Below are positions 31,670 through 41,674 of a stretch of DNA of 64,000 nt, piece by piece. A model generated the notes under the pieces. It saw nothing but the letters and a program-made list of their open reading frames with translations. It was not told the origin of the DNA and did no database searches. Every line of letters starts with the position of its first letter. Positions within the stretch are counted from its first letter, which is position 1. This stretch comes from an uncultured Planctomycetia bacterium (GTDB taxonomy: Bacteria; Omnitrophota; Gorgyraeia; 2-02-FULL-51-18). The DNA lies in contig CAZSGP010000002.1 of NCBI GenBank assembly GCA_964606485.1, positions 202,766-266,765 of the forward strand, read 5' to 3'. Made by a program: the position numbers and the translations under genes.

Positions 31670-32632
31670 TTATTTACGGTTTAAGACGAGTGAAGCAGCC
31701 CCAATAATACCCGCTTCCTCTCCAAAAAAAGCAGGCACTACTTTAACAGAACGGCTGGCGACGGGGAACGATTTTTTACGGATCGTGTCTCTGACCGAGT
31801 TGAATAAAATATCCGCCTTCTCCGCAATGCCACCCCCCAGAATAATCCGCTCCGGGTTTAAAATATTCACAAGACCCGCCAGAGCGGTTCCGAGGTGGTT
31901 TCCGGTGTCGCGCCACATTGATTTTGAAAAGTGATCCCCCTTTTTAGCCGCCATCTTCACGAGATACGGGCTAAGAGCTTCGTTTTTTTCCTTTAACCAG
32001 TTCTTCAAAATAGTTTGCGCACCCGCCTCCATCCGACGCCGAACTTCCGCCACAAAATAACGCGTGCCCACATACGTTTCAATGCAACCGTGATTGCCGC
32101 AGGCACACAGAGGTCCTTTTTCGTTGATAATCAAATGCCCGATTTCTGCTGCCGAAAATTCTGGTCCGTGAAACAATTTCCCATCCAAAAGAATTCCTCC
32201 GCCAATTCCCGTTCCAAGCGTCAAAGCGATCGCCGCACGGCAATTTTTTCCGGCGCCAAAGGTAAACTCCGCAAGCGCCATGGCATTGGCGTCGTTATCC
32301 ACGCGCACCAGACATTTTAATTTTTTCTCTAAGATAGTCTTAAGGGGTGTGTTCTTCCAGCCAGGGATATTTGGGAAAAAATAAACGAATCCTTTTTCAA
32401 CATCGATGGGTCCCGGCGCCCCCACACCCACGCCCCCCACGACAAATCCCGCCTTCCTTGCATCGACAGAAAGCACTTTTATATTTTTAATGAGAAGTTC
32501 GATTTGCGCGTCTTTGCCGTTTACGCTATCGGTTCGAAAGGACTGTTTTAGATGAAGCCTCCCCCGTTCATCCACCACGCCCAGCTTAATGCTCCCTCCA
32601 CCAATATCGACTCCGATCGCCGCTTTTTTCAT
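31670..32632 (-). CDS. ROK family sugar kinase (glucokinase-like).
   Basis: 320 aa. The ATP motif is GVDIGGGSIK, and the ROK zinc motif is CACGNHGCIET. Confidence 0.8.
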   Translation of the reverse strand: MKKAAIGVDIGGGSIKLGVVDERGRLHLKQSFRTDSVNGKDAQIELLIKNIKVLSVDARKAGFVVGGVGVGAPGPIDVEKGFVYFFPNIPGWKNTPLKTILEKKLKCLVRVDNDANAMALAEFTFGAGKNCRAAIALTLGTGIGGGILLDGKLFHGPEFSAAEIGHLIINEKGPLCACGNHGCIETYVGTRYFVAEVRRRMEAGAQTILKNWLKEKNEALSPYLVKMAAKKGDHFSKSMWRDTGNHLGTALAGLVNILNPERIILGGGIAEKADILFNSVRDTIRKKSFPVASRSVKVVPAFFGEEAGIIGAASLVLNRK

Positions 32633-32644
32633 AAGATTTTTCTC

Positions 32645-34009
32645 CTAGTAAAGATTATGCAAGCAAACTCTGTTGCGTCCCTGATTTTTAGCCTGGTACA
32701 GTGCCTCGTCAGCCGCTTCGATCAGCGCCTGCGGTTGGGAAATTTTTTTCGACATCGTGGCGCAGCCAATGCTCACTGTGGCTTTTAAATTTTCATCATA
32801 CGCCTTAAAAGCATTACTCGCCACAGCCTGCCGAATGCGCTCTGCGACTAAAAAAGCGTCCGATTCATCCGTTTCAATGAGAATCACCGCAAACTCTTCC
32901 CCTCCATAACGCCCTAGCAAATCGAGTTCGCGAATATTTTTTTTAATGGTGTCCGACACTTGCCTCAACACCGCGTCTCCGATGGGGTGGCCATATTCAT
33001 CGTTAAATTTTTTAAAATAATCGACGTCGATCATAAGAAAGGATAGCTTGAGGTCAAATTTTTGACTGCGGTCCACCTCTCCTTCTAAACGGTCCCACAA
33101 ATAACGGCGAACAAAAGCCCCGGTAAGTCCATCGGTCATCGCAAGCGTTTGAATACTCTGATACAACTGAATTCTTTCAAACTCTGAAGCGAATCGCTGC
33201 GTGAGCACTCGAAGCAGCGCTGTCGATGCCCGCGAAACCCCAAAAACAGAAAGCACCGCAAAAACCTTTCCGTTCAGCTCTATAGGGTACGCCGCGAATG
33301 GCTTAAAATCTGGCCACAGCCTGAGCCGCGGGTCCACAGAGTCATCGCTCGTTGAAAAAATTTCAACCGCCATCCGACGGTCCAGCACGAGCTGACAAAT
33401 TTTTTCTTCAAACGGCAGCACAGTTTTTTTTAATTTAGCGCGCTCGTTCAGATAAATGCTGCGGTCCCACAACCCCTTAAAGTCATCCGCCACAAGTCCC
33501 AGCGTGTCGTGCGGCTTTTGAAAACTGGATCCATCCGGATTAAAGAAAAAAAGTTTAATCTCATGGAATTCGGCGTCGTCAGAAAGCGCTTCGCAGAAAA
33601 CTAAAAAGAGCTCCGGAAAATCGAGCGCCTGCGACATCTCTTTAATTTTGTCATACAGATGCGACATTTCGCTAAACCGCTTTTCGACCAACCCAACCTG
33701 GGCGGACTTCGACTCGAGTTCCTGGTTTTCGAGATCAGATTTTTCTTTTAAAAATCCAAGCTCCTCGTCAAGGAGCGCCGTTTTTGACATCGACCATTGT
33801 TTAAAGGAAGCTGCCAATTTCAGCAGAGCCCATGAGTATAGAAAGTAAAAAACGATTGAAAATGGGTCTAGCGGAAAAATGAAGGTGGCGACGATAAGGC
33901 AGATGAAAAGAAGCCCCACGCAGAAAGTTTTCATCCATTGTCGCCCATAAAGGTGAACCAGGATCACTAAAAAAAACCAGGCTCCGTTAAAGATCAGGAA
34001 CTGCCACAT
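32645..34009 (-). CDS. Membrane-anchored diguanylate cyclase (transmembrane N-terminus, GAF-like middle region, GGDEF domain).
   Basis: 454 aa. The active-site motif is RYGGEEFAVIL. It overlaps the upstream cyclase gene by 16 nt. Confidence 0.75.
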   Translation of the reverse strand: MWQFLIFNGAWFFLVILVHLYGRQWMKTFCVGLLFICLIVATFIFPLDPFSIVFYFLYSWALLKLAASFKQWSMSKTALLDEELGFLKEKSDLENQELESKSAQVGLVEKRFSEMSHLYDKIKEMSQALDFPELFLVFCEALSDDAEFHEIKLFFFNPDGSSFQKPHDTLGLVADDFKGLWDRSIYLNERAKLKKTVLPFEEKICQLVLDRRMAVEIFSTSDDSVDPRLRLWPDFKPFAAYPIELNGKVFAVLSVFGVSRASTALLRVLTQRFASEFERIQLYQSIQTLAMTDGLTGAFVRRYLWDRLEGEVDRSQKFDLKLSFLMIDVDYFKKFNDEYGHPIGDAVLRQVSDTIKKNIRELDLLGRYGGEEFAVILIETDESDAFLVAERIRQAVASNAFKAYDENLKATVSIGCATMSKKISQPQALIEAADEALYQAKNQGRNRVCLHNLY

Positions 34010-35403
34010 ACGCGATTTCGCCCTTTATTTTTAGCGGTGTACAAATTTTTATCAGCAGACCACACCATTTCTTCACGGGTCCGTCCCTGCGCTGGAAAAG
34101 CGGCAACCCCGATCGACACCGTGACCTTGCCCTCTAAACGCCTCAATGCAAAGCGACTTTTTTCGATGTTCGACCGGATTTTTTCGGCAATTTTCATGGC
34201 CTGGGCCTTGGTTTTTCCAGGGAGCAACACGGCAAATTCTTCCCCGCCGTAACGCGCGGCAAGGTCCACTGATTCGATATTGGTCTGAATCCTCTGGGAA
34301 ATATGTCTCAAAATTACGTCGCCCGCCGCGTGGCCGTAATCGTCGTTGAAGCGTTTAAAAAAATCGATGTCGATCATGAGCAGCGAAAAAACGGATTTAT
34401 TAAAATGAGAGCGCTGGACTTCTGCGGTCAATCGTTCGGAAAAATAGCGGTTGATGTATAGACCCGTCAAGCTATCGCGGATTGCAAGCTCCTGCATTCG
34501 GTCATAAAGTAAAATATTATTGAGTAGCACTGCGCCAAGACCAGCGTAAATATCTAAAAGTCGCAAATCGTCGTTCGAAAAAGCCCCCGGCTCGCGACAG
34601 GACACCCGCACCAAACCCAGTACTTTGCGTTCGCTCAAAAGAGGGCTCGCGCAAATTGAGCGATAATCAATGGCGTTCTTTGGCGCGTCCGACGGAAAAC
34701 GAAAATCATTATGAGTATCAGAAACAAGTAGCCCCTGAGAGCGCTTCATCACCCACCAGTCAAAAATAGTTCCTTCTTTTTCTTCGCGGGGCTTCTCCAG
34801 TGAAGCGCAGGCAATCAAGGAAAGGTTTTGATGTTCGGTGCTCAGCAGATAGAGTGAGCAGGTTTCTGCATGCGGAATCAGCGTCTTAATTTGGGAAACG
34901 ATTTTCCAGGCAATTTCGTCAAGCTTCCGAACACCTTTTAATTCTTCAGCGAGTCGGTGTAGTTGAGAAAAACGTTCCAACTTTTTTTCAAGCGACTTTT
35001 CGAGAACGACCTTTTTTTGAATTTGTCCCTGCGTCAACACCACGTCTTCGCTTAATTTTTCAATGGCGACATTTTTAACGTGCCCAATTTTTTGGATTTT
35101 ATACAGATAAAAAACGGTGAAAACGAATGAGGCGCCGTAAAGAATAACCTGTAAAAAATAGGCGGGTTCCTTAGCGCCGAGACACAGGTAAACAACCAGA
35201 ATGGATGACAACAAACTTAAAACTGCCGCCGTCACGGGTCCGGAGAGCGCCCAGGCTAAGAACAGAATTAGCAACGACCCCAGGAATTGGGGCGCTAAAA
35301 ATTGAGAGGAGAGACCTAAATCTAATTTTAAAACCGGAAAAAAAGAAAGGAGCGCGAACGCCCAAAGAATAAAAGCCGCTATCGGAACAAAAAAAGGCGG
35401 CAA
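33994..35403 (-). CDS. Membrane-anchored GAF-GGDEF diguanylate cyclase.
   Basis: 469 aa, with a multi-transmembrane N-terminus, a GAF-like segment and the motif RYGGEEFAVLLPG. Confidence 0.75.
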   Translation of the reverse strand: MPPFFVPIAAFILWAFALLSFFPVLKLDLGLSSQFLAPQFLGSLLILFLAWALSGPVTAAVLSLLSSILVVYLCLGAKEPAYFLQVILYGASFVFTVFYLYKIQKIGHVKNVAIEKLSEDVVLTQGQIQKKVVLEKSLEKKLERFSQLHRLAEELKGVRKLDEIAWKIVSQIKTLIPHAETCSLYLLSTEHQNLSLIACASLEKPREEKEGTIFDWWVMKRSQGLLVSDTHNDFRFPSDAPKNAIDYRSICASPLLSERKVLGLVRVSCREPGAFSNDDLRLLDIYAGLGAVLLNNILLYDRMQELAIRDSLTGLYINRYFSERLTAEVQRSHFNKSVFSLLMIDIDFFKRFNDDYGHAAGDVILRHISQRIQTNIESVDLAARYGGEEFAVLLPGKTKAQAMKIAEKIRSNIEKSRFALRRLEGKVTVSIGVAAFPAQGRTREEMVWSADKNLYTAKNKGRNRVCGSS

Positions 35404-35417
35404 GAGTCCTCCCCTTT

Positions 35418-36521
35418 CTAAAGCAGGGTCTGTTCGGTGATCTTATCGAAAAAGTGAGCCTTGCTCATGTCAAACACAAGATCAAGGTCTTGATTGACTT
35501 CCGGACGAATATGGCCCGAAACGCGCGCCACAAATTGATTGGGACCTGTGCGCAAGTACAAAAATGCTTCCGCGCCCATCGGCTCAATCACTTCACAAGT
35601 CGCGCGGACTGTGTTGTCGGGTGAAGCTTCGGAGGCAAAAAGTTTGTCGTAAATATCCTCACACCGAATTCCAAATACGATCTCTTTATTTTCGTATGCC
35701 GAAATTTTTGTCACAGCCGCGTCGCTGATGCGCACACGGAAGGGTCCATTTTGGAAATAAAGTTTATTATCCATGCGAACGACCCAGCCGTTTAAAAAGT
35801 TCATCGGCGGACTCCCGATGAAACTGGCTACAAATTTATTCACCGGGCGGTCGTAAAGCGCAATAGGATCGGCCACTTGCTGAATGAGACCGTCCTTCAC
35901 AACAACAATTCGGTCACCCATGGTGAGGGCCTCGGTCTGGTCATGGGTCACATAAATCATGGTCGCTTGTAAGCGCTGATGAAGTTTTTTAATCTCAGTG
36001 CGCATTTGTACGCGGAGTTTTGCATCCAAATTAGAGAGCGGTTCGTCAAACAAAAATACAAGCGGCTTGCGCACTATCGCGCGTCCCAAAGCTACGCGCT
36101 GGCGCTGACCGCCAGAAAGCTCTTTGGGTTTGCGGTGTAAGAATTTTTTAATGCCTAAAATTTCGGCGGCTTCGTTGACGCGCGTTAAAATTTCGTCCTT
36201 GGAATATTTGCGGAGCTTCAGCGCAAACGCCATGTTGTCGAACACCGTCATGTGCGGATAAAGCGCGTAGTTCTGAAATACCATCGCAATGTCGCGGTCT
36301 TTTGGAGGAACGTCGTTAACAAGCTTATTGCCGATAAAAATTTTTCCGTGAGTGATGTCTTCGAGGCCGGCGACCATTCTCAAAATCGTCGTCTTTCCGC
36401 AACCAGAAGGACCCACCAGCACCACAAACTCGCGGCGCTCGATGTTCAGACTGACATCCACTACCGCCTGCACATTCCCTGCATAAGACTTGCCTACATT
36501 CACCAAGCTAACTTGTGCCAT
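35418..36521 (-). CDS. ABC transporter ATP-binding protein, MalK/UgpC carbohydrate-importer type with a C-terminal TOBE-like regulatory domain.
   Basis: 367 aa. It has the Walker A motif GPSGCGKTT, the ABC signature [14 protein letters not shown] and the Walker B motif [10 protein letters not shown]. No permease or solute-binding protein gene is adjacent. Confidence 0.8.
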   Translation of the reverse strand: MAQVSLVNVGKSYAGNVQAVVDVSLNIERREFVVLVGPSGCGKTTILRMVAGLEDITHGKIFIGNKLVNDVPPKDRDIAMVFQNYALYPHMTVFDNMAFALKLRKYSKDEILTRVNEAAEILGIKKFLHRKPKELSGGQRQRVALGRAIVRKPLVFLFDEPLSNLDAKLRVQMRTEIKKLHQRLQATMIYVTHDQTEALTMGDRIVVVKDGLIQQVADPIALYDRPVNKFVASFIGSPPMNFLNGWVVRMDNKLYFQNGPFRVRISDAAVTKISAYENKEIVFGIRCEDIYDKLFASEASPDNTVRATCEVIEPMGAEAFLYLRTGPNQFVARVSGHIRPEVNQDLDLVFDMSKAHFFDKITEQTLL

Positions 36522-36535
36522 TCGCTGTTCCTACT

Positions 36536-37387
36536 CTAGTTTTTTTGAAAGTAACTGATAAATTGATGGAGCGAACTCTTCAGTTGACGCCGGTGAACTA
36601 TCCGGTCAATCATTCCGTGTTCCAACAGAAACTCGGATGTCTGAAAACCTTCGGGTAACTTCTGGCGAATCGTCTGTTCAATCACGCGCGGGCCCGTAAA
36701 ACCAATCAGCGCTCGTGGCTCTGCAATGATCAAATCCCCGAGCGAAGCAAAGCTTGCCATCACACCTGCCATCGTCGGATTCGTTAACACCGAAATAAAT
36801 AAAAGTCCCGATTCGTGAAGCTTGGCCAGCGCTTGTGACGTTTTGGCCATTTGCATCAGCGAAAACATACCTTCGTACATTCGAGCGCCGCCGCCCGAGC
36901 CTGAAACGATCACCACCGGCAATCTTTTTTCAATTGCGGTTTCGATGAGACGCGTAATCTTCTCACCCACCACCGATCCCATGGACCCCATGATAAACCG
37001 GGAGTCGGTCACGGCAAGCGCCACGGGCAATTGATGAATTTCACCTTCGCCGGTTAAAACCGCATCCGTCAAACGCGTGGCTTCGCGGTCTTCTTTGATT
37101 TTAGCTAAATAGGATTTGGGTCCGCGGAATTTGAGCGGATCGCCGGATGACAGGTCTTTATCAGATTCCTTGAATGTGCCCTCATCAATCAGTTGCATCA
37201 CCCGCTCGGTAGCAGATAAGGTGAAATGCCAGTCGCACTTGGGGCAAACTTTGAAATCTTCTTCGAGGGTTTTGTTGTAAATGATTTCGGCGCATTCTTC
37301 GCACTTGGTCCAGAGACCTTCGGGGATGTCGCGGCGTTTAAGAATCCGGACTGTGTTGACCTTCAGTTTGGTATTAAAGGGCGACAT
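36536..37387 (-). CDS. accD: Acetyl-CoA carboxylase carboxyltransferase beta subunit.
   Basis: 283 aa. The N-terminal zinc ribbon is CEECAEI...CPKC, and a carboxyltransferase domain follows. Confidence 0.85.
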   Translation of the reverse strand: MSPFNTKLKVNTVRILKRRDIPEGLWTKCEECAEIIYNKTLEEDFKVCPKCDWHFTLSATERVMQLIDEGTFKESDKDLSSGDPLKFRGPKSYLAKIKEDREATRLTDAVLTGEGEIHQLPVALAVTDSRFIMGSMGSVVGEKITRLIETAIEKRLPVVIVSGSGGGARMYEGMFSLMQMAKTSQALAKLHESGLLFISVLTNPTMAGVMASFASLGDLIIAEPRALIGFTGPRVIEQTIRQKLPEGFQTSEFLLEHGMIDRIVHRRQLKSSLHQFISYFQKN

Positions 37388-37410
37388 ATTTGGAGAATTC
37401 TAGCACAAAA

Positions 37411-38124
37411 CTAGCGGATCTGCCAATAAAGCTTAGAAAGTTCACTAAAAGTCTTTAAAATCCTTAACACCCCTGTTGCAGTGGCCTTCCCGGCGGTTCT
37501 AGGGTAATGCGGGATGCCAATCTCCTGGATCCGGCAGCCCCTTTTCTTGAGACGGGCTAAAATCTCGGCATGGATCAGAAGATGATCACTCTTAAGCTCT
37601 AAACCCTCGATCGCTTTGCGGCGGAAAAGCTTAAACGCGCAGTCCACGTCGCGAATGGGAAGCCCAAACAGCGCCTTAGAACCTTGTGTCCATAAAAATC
37701 CATTGAGACGGCGATGAGGCTTGTCTTGGCGGCCAATTCGGTAGCCCGCCACTACATCACAACTGTCGATTTTGGAAAAAAGTTTATCGATATCCGAAAG
37801 ATGGAACTGATTGTCCCCATCAGTCAAAAAAACGAGGTCCTTCTTCACGCTGGCAAGACCCGTGCGAAGAGCGGCACCGTAGCCTCGATTGGTTTCGTGC
37901 TGAACGAGTCTGACGCGCGGGTTTTTCGATTGCCACTGGCGAATAATTTCCACCGAGCGGTCCCGGCTTCCGTCGTCGACCACCACAACCTCGTAATCAA
38001 TGCCGTAGTCTTCCCCGATCTTAATCGCCTGCTCAATCATCGAGCCGACATTGGCTTCTTCGTTGTAGCAGGGAAAAAATAAAGAGAGACTTGTGAGTGC
38101 GCGGGGCTTGATCACGAGCAGCAT
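37411..38124 (-). CDS. Family 2 glycosyltransferase (DPM1-like).
   Basis: 237 aa. The motifs are FFPCYNEE, VVVVDDGSRD and LTDGDNQ. Confidence 0.7.
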   Translation of the reverse strand: MLLVIKPRALTSLSLFFPCYNEEANVGSMIEQAIKIGEDYGIDYEVVVVDDGSRDRSVEIIRQWQSKNPRVRLVQHETNRGYGAALRTGLASVKKDLVFLTDGDNQFHLSDIDKLFSKIDSCDVVAGYRIGRQDKPHRRLNGFLWTQGSKALFGLPIRDVDCAFKLFRRKAIEGLELKSDHLLIHAEILARLKKRGCRIQEIGIPHYPRTAGKATATGVLRILKTFSELSKLYWQIR

Positions 38125-39404
38125 CCTCCGCTTGTTTCAAAGCGGTGAAATACAAGACCTGATAAAAGCTTCGGATAAAAATACGTCGATTTCTGCGGCA
38201 TCTTAAGCCCCTTCTTTGAGGCGAGTAGCATTTGCTCAAGCGACGTCGGCCTTAAAAATAAGGCGACCTTAAAACTTCCGTCCTTGACCCGCATAACAGC
38301 ATCGTTTGCATCGCGGGTAAAATCAATTTCCTGAGACTTTTCAATTTTTTTAATTCCAAAAATAGGCTCTACAATCGCGCGATGAAGCACCGCCACGTCC
38401 AGCGACTCAACGGGATTATTTTGAGGGATTTTTTTAACGAGTTCGGGTTTCAAGCTTAAAAGATAATAAGCTCCCTTGTAAAACACCCCAAAATCGTACG
38501 AAATTTTTTGAAGCTGTCCACTGTCCTTTTCGAGGACACTCAGCACTGCTTTTAGACTGCCGACTTTGCGCAGCGACCCAAGTGTTTCTAATTTCTTAAG
38601 AACATCGATTTTTTTATCATCAAACGACACAAGCCGATGTGTCGGGTAAATCGTAAAAGGGTTATTCGTGCAATCCGAAAAATACGTCATCACGAAACCT
38701 GCGGAGTGCGCTGCCCTGTCTTTTTGGGACTCCGCAAAACGGCGGTAATTGCAGGCGGTTTCAAAACGGTGGTGACCGTCGGCAATAAACATGGGCTTGG
38801 ACTTCATAGCCTTTTGAATCGTTTCGACTCCCGTGTGATCCGTGAGACAAAAAAGCTCATGCCCCACCCCATCCACTTTGATACTCACGATGGGTTTTTG
38901 CCGCGTCGCTTTTAAAAGAGCCTGATAGATCGTTTTGGGTTTGTCTTCGTACAATCCCCAAATGGGACTTAAATTGGTGCGGGTTTCTTTGATAAGATTT
39001 AAGCGATCCGCTTTTGGGGCGGCCAATGTATTCTCGTGTTTCAAAACAGCTTTCTCGTCGATTTTCATCGCCGCAATAAATCCAATACGGACTTTTGTCT
39101 TTCCTTTTTCAGGGTAGCTTTGACGATAGACGTAGAACGCGGGTTCATTTTCACGAATCAGAACATTTTTCTCAATCCAATCGGACAAATAGTGACGCGC
39201 GCGGGTGTATTTATTTTCCGAAGCATTGTCGCCCGGCAAGTCTTTTCCGAGTTCCAGACGAATCACATTGTGCGGATCGTTTTTATACAAAGCTTCTTGT
39301 TCTTTTTTAGAAATGACGTCGTAAGGCGGGGCTAGAACTTTTTTAAAATCGCGAATGGTTTTGGGGTTGTAGCGGTATCCGTTAAAGGCTTTGATTTCTG
39401 GCAT
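38112..39404 (-). CDS. Conserved hypothetical protein, possibly DUF1015/COG4198-like.
   Basis: 430 aa and soluble, with no catalytic motif I can assign. The family suggestion is from recollection of N-terminal features and is weak. Confidence 0.35.
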   Translation of the reverse strand: MPEIKAFNGYRYNPKTIRDFKKVLAPPYDVISKKEQEALYKNDPHNVIRLELGKDLPGDNASENKYTRARHYLSDWIEKNVLIRENEPAFYVYRQSYPEKGKTKVRIGFIAAMKIDEKAVLKHENTLAAPKADRLNLIKETRTNLSPIWGLYEDKPKTIYQALLKATRQKPIVSIKVDGVGHELFCLTDHTGVETIQKAMKSKPMFIADGHHRFETACNYRRFAESQKDRAAHSAGFVMTYFSDCTNNPFTIYPTHRLVSFDDKKIDVLKKLETLGSLRKVGSLKAVLSVLEKDSGQLQKISYDFGVFYKGAYYLLSLKPELVKKIPQNNPVESLDVAVLHRAIVEPIFGIKKIEKSQEIDFTRDANDAVMRVKDGSFKVALFLRPTSLEQMLLASKKGLKMPQKSTYFYPKLLSGLVFHRFETSGGCCS

Positions 39405-39768
39405 AAAAATAACTCCCTAAAATAACTCCGATGGTGTCGGCCAACCAATCCACGGCACTTGAATCGCGCATCGGCACAAAACTCTGATGCCATTCATCGG
39501 ACGCGCCGTACAGCGCACCCAGAATCACGGCCGCCCAAAAAAGGATTTGCCGAGGCGATTTTGGGAAACTAATGCCAAGCGAATTGGACAACAAAATCCC
39601 AAAGAGCGCATATTCTACACCATGAATTAGGAAGTCAATATGATATTTTTCAAGCGGCCCCAAAAAAGGAGCTGGGTGAGATTCAGATGAGAGATAAAAA
39701 ATAAGCCCCGCGTAACCGAGCGTTCCGGTCCACGCAAGAATCGCCTTCACCTTACGCTTTTTTGTCAC
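39382..39768 (-). CDS. VanZ family membrane protein.
   Basis: The C-terminal segment SDEWHQSFVPMRDSSAVDWLADTIGVILG is a VanZ signature. The N-terminal part of the track ORF overlaps the FmdB gene in another frame. The likely start is an in-frame GTG at 39768, which makes this start uncertain. Confidence 0.45.
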   Translation of the reverse strand: MTKKRKVKAILAWTGTLGYAGLIFYLSSESHPAPFLGPLEKYHIDFLIHGVEYALFGILLSNSLGISFPKSPRQILFWAAVILGALYGASDEWHQSFVPMRDSSAVDWLADTIGVILGSYFYARNQSL

Positions 39769-39997
39769 TTTTTCCTGAACTGGGAGAGTCGCTGGCAGAC
39801 TTTGAGGGGGATGATTTTTTATAATCGGTTTGGTAAAAACCGGTGCCCTTAAAAATAAGTCCGGCGCCGCTTGAGATGAGGCGTTCGGGCTTGGCCTTCT
39901 TGCATAGTAAACACTTCGCCAAAGGCTCATCTTTCATCCCCTGGAGATGATCAAATTTCTTTTTACACTTGGGACAATAATATTCGTAGGTTGGCAT
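39752..39997 (-). CDS. FmdB family zinc-ribbon protein (putative regulatory protein).
   Basis: 81 aa. The sequence MPTYEYYCPKCKKKFDHLQGMKDEPLAKCLLCKK...GTGFYQTDY is the classic FmdB CxxC...CxxC pattern. Confidence 0.65.
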   Translation of the reverse strand: MPTYEYYCPKCKKKFDHLQGMKDEPLAKCLLCKKAKPERLISSGAGLIFKGTGFYQTDYKKSSPSKSASDSPSSGKSDKKA

Positions 39998-39998
39998 T

Positions 39999-41111
39999 TT
40001 ATTTAAACAATTCCTTCATTTTTTGCATAAAACTGGCTGAAGCCGGATTTACTTTTTCGCCCGAAAGCTCAGCAAATTCTTTGAGTAAAGCCTTTTGCTT
40101 GTCCGACAAATGAGCGGGCGTTTCCACAAACACGCGCACCTCTTCATCCCCAAGACCCTGGCCGCGCAGCGACGCTATTCCTTTGCCTTTTAGCTTAAAC
40201 GATTTTCCGCTTTGAGTCCCGGCTGGAATCTTAAGCGTAGTCTTACCCGTCAGTGTCGGCACTTCGATTTCAGCGCCGAGTGCGGCTTGCACAAAACTCA
40301 CCGGCACGTCACACAAAATATTATTTTCTTCACGGGTAAAAATAGCATGAGGCTTCACGTGAACTTCGACGAGTAAGTCTCCGCGTGGGCCGCCACGAAA
40401 CCCGGCCTCACCCTCTCCCGGCACGCGCATGCGAAGACCATTTTCGATGCCAGGCGGAATTTTCAAATGTATTTTACGAGTTTGCACCACGCGACCTGCA
40501 CCCCGGCAATCTCCGCAGGGCGACTCCACGAAACTTCCTTCACCGCGACACTTCGGACAAGTTCTCGAAATACTAAAAAATCCGCTCGATGCCAACACCT
40601 GACCTTGACCGTGGCAGGTTGAGCAAGTTTTACGGCTCGTTCCGGGTTTTGCGCCATCCCCTTTACAGGTAATACATGCTTCCTCGCGGCGAACCTGCAC
40701 ATCTTTTTCGGTTCCAAACGCCGATTCTTCAAAACTAATTTCGACCGTGTCTTCTAAATCATGCCCGCGTGCGGCGCGCTGACGCCCGCGACCGGTCGCT
40801 TGACCAAAAAATCCTTCAAAAATATCTTCGAACATATCCGAAAAACCAGCCTGTGAAAATCCACCGGAGAATCCGCCGTTGGCGTTTAATCCTTCGTGTC
40901 CGTACTGGTCATAAATTTGGCGCTTCTGCGGGTCAGTTAAAACTTGGTAGGCTTCGGTCGCTTCTTTAAATTTTTCCTCGGCTTTTTTGTCGCCGGGGTT
41001 GCGGTCAGGGTGATGCTTCATCGCACTTTGCCGGTATGCTTTTTTAAGCTCCTCAGCATTCGCGTTTTTTGCAACACCTAGAATGTCGTAGTAGTCGTTT
41101 TTGGTGGGCAT
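39999..41111 (-). CDS. dnaJ: Chaperone DnaJ.
   Basis: 370 aa. It has a J domain with HPD (MKHHPDRNP), a G/F region and four CxxCxGxG zinc-finger repeats. Confidence 0.9.
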   Translation of the reverse strand: MPTKNDYYDILGVAKNANAEELKKAYRQSAMKHHPDRNPGDKKAEEKFKEATEAYQVLTDPQKRQIYDQYGHEGLNANGGFSGGFSQAGFSDMFEDIFEGFFGQATGRGRQRAARGHDLEDTVEISFEESAFGTEKDVQVRREEACITCKGDGAKPGTSRKTCSTCHGQGQVLASSGFFSISRTCPKCRGEGSFVESPCGDCRGAGRVVQTRKIHLKIPPGIENGLRMRVPGEGEAGFRGGPRGDLLVEVHVKPHAIFTREENNILCDVPVSFVQAALGAEIEVPTLTGKTTLKIPAGTQSGKSFKLKGKGIASLRGQGLGDEEVRVFVETPAHLSDKQKALLKEFAELSGEKVNPASASFMQKMKELFK

Positions 41112-41123
41112 AAAGCTTCTGAA

Positions 41124-41339
41124 TTAGCCCTTAAAGAGACTTGTCACGTGATCAGCGCTTACATAATCCGAGGACTTGCCTTCTTTAAGGCGCTGGATAT
41201 AACCAATGTCCTTCAAGTCTTCTACTTTTTCTGCGATCAACTCTTTGATGCAGACAGAAAAATCCGTGTGATAGTAATTAAGAATCTTTTTAAGCATCGA
41301 CTCTTCCTGCTTGTTAAACCGCACCGTTTTAACACTCAT
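41124..41339 (-). CDS. Putative type II antitoxin, ribbon-helix-helix (CopG/RelB-like).
   Basis: 71 aa. The N-terminus KTVRFNKQEESMLKKI is an RHH-like beta strand followed by a helix. It overlaps the upstream RelE/ParE gene by 4 nt. Confidence 0.5.
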   Translation of the reverse strand: MSVKTVRFNKQEESMLKKILNYYHTDFSVCIKELIAEKVEDLKDIGYIQRLKEGKSSDYVSADHVTSLFKG

Positions 41340-41602
41340 GGCTTGTAGATCTCCCCTCTAACACCTATATCTTCAACGTAAACGTGATGATCGTCCATGT
41401 GAAAAAGCGCCCGGTAATCTCGAATGCGAAGCCTGTAATAAACGTAAGGCCCTTTGTTCGTTAGCTTTTTAATGTCAAACAGTCTAAAATTTCCGCTTCT
41501 CGCGAAACTATCAAAGGCATCTCTAAAATCAATCCAGATTTCCTTGGGCAGCCTATTTTTGTCAACCCTTTTGAGCACCCGCTTACCATAAACGACTTTC
41601 AT
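41336..41602 (-). CDS. RelE/ParE family type II toxin.
   Basis: The C-terminal motif YYRLRIRDYRALFHMDDHHVYVEDIGVRGEIY is characteristic of the RelE/ParE family. The ATG at 41600-41602 lies 6 nt after a -10 box, which suggests a leaderless mRNA. The track ORF adds two codons from a TTG. Confidence 0.65.
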   Translation of the reverse strand: MKVVYGKRVLKRVDKNRLPKEIWIDFRDAFDSFARSGNFRLFDIKKLTNKGPYVYYRLRIRDYRALFHMDDHHVYVEDIGVRGEIYKP

Positions 41603-41608
41603 GGACAA

Positions 41609-41637
41609 ATTGTATTACATTGTATTCTTTTTGTCAA
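41609..41637 (-). promoter_or_regulatory. Sigma70-like promoter for the toxin-antitoxin pair.
   Basis: On the minus strand: TTGACA at 41637-41632, a 17-nt spacer, then TACAAT at 41614-41609, immediately followed by ttgtcc and the ATG. Confidence 0.45.
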
Positions 41638-41674
41638 TGCCTGAGACTCAACCATCCCTTTTTATGCTAAAAAG

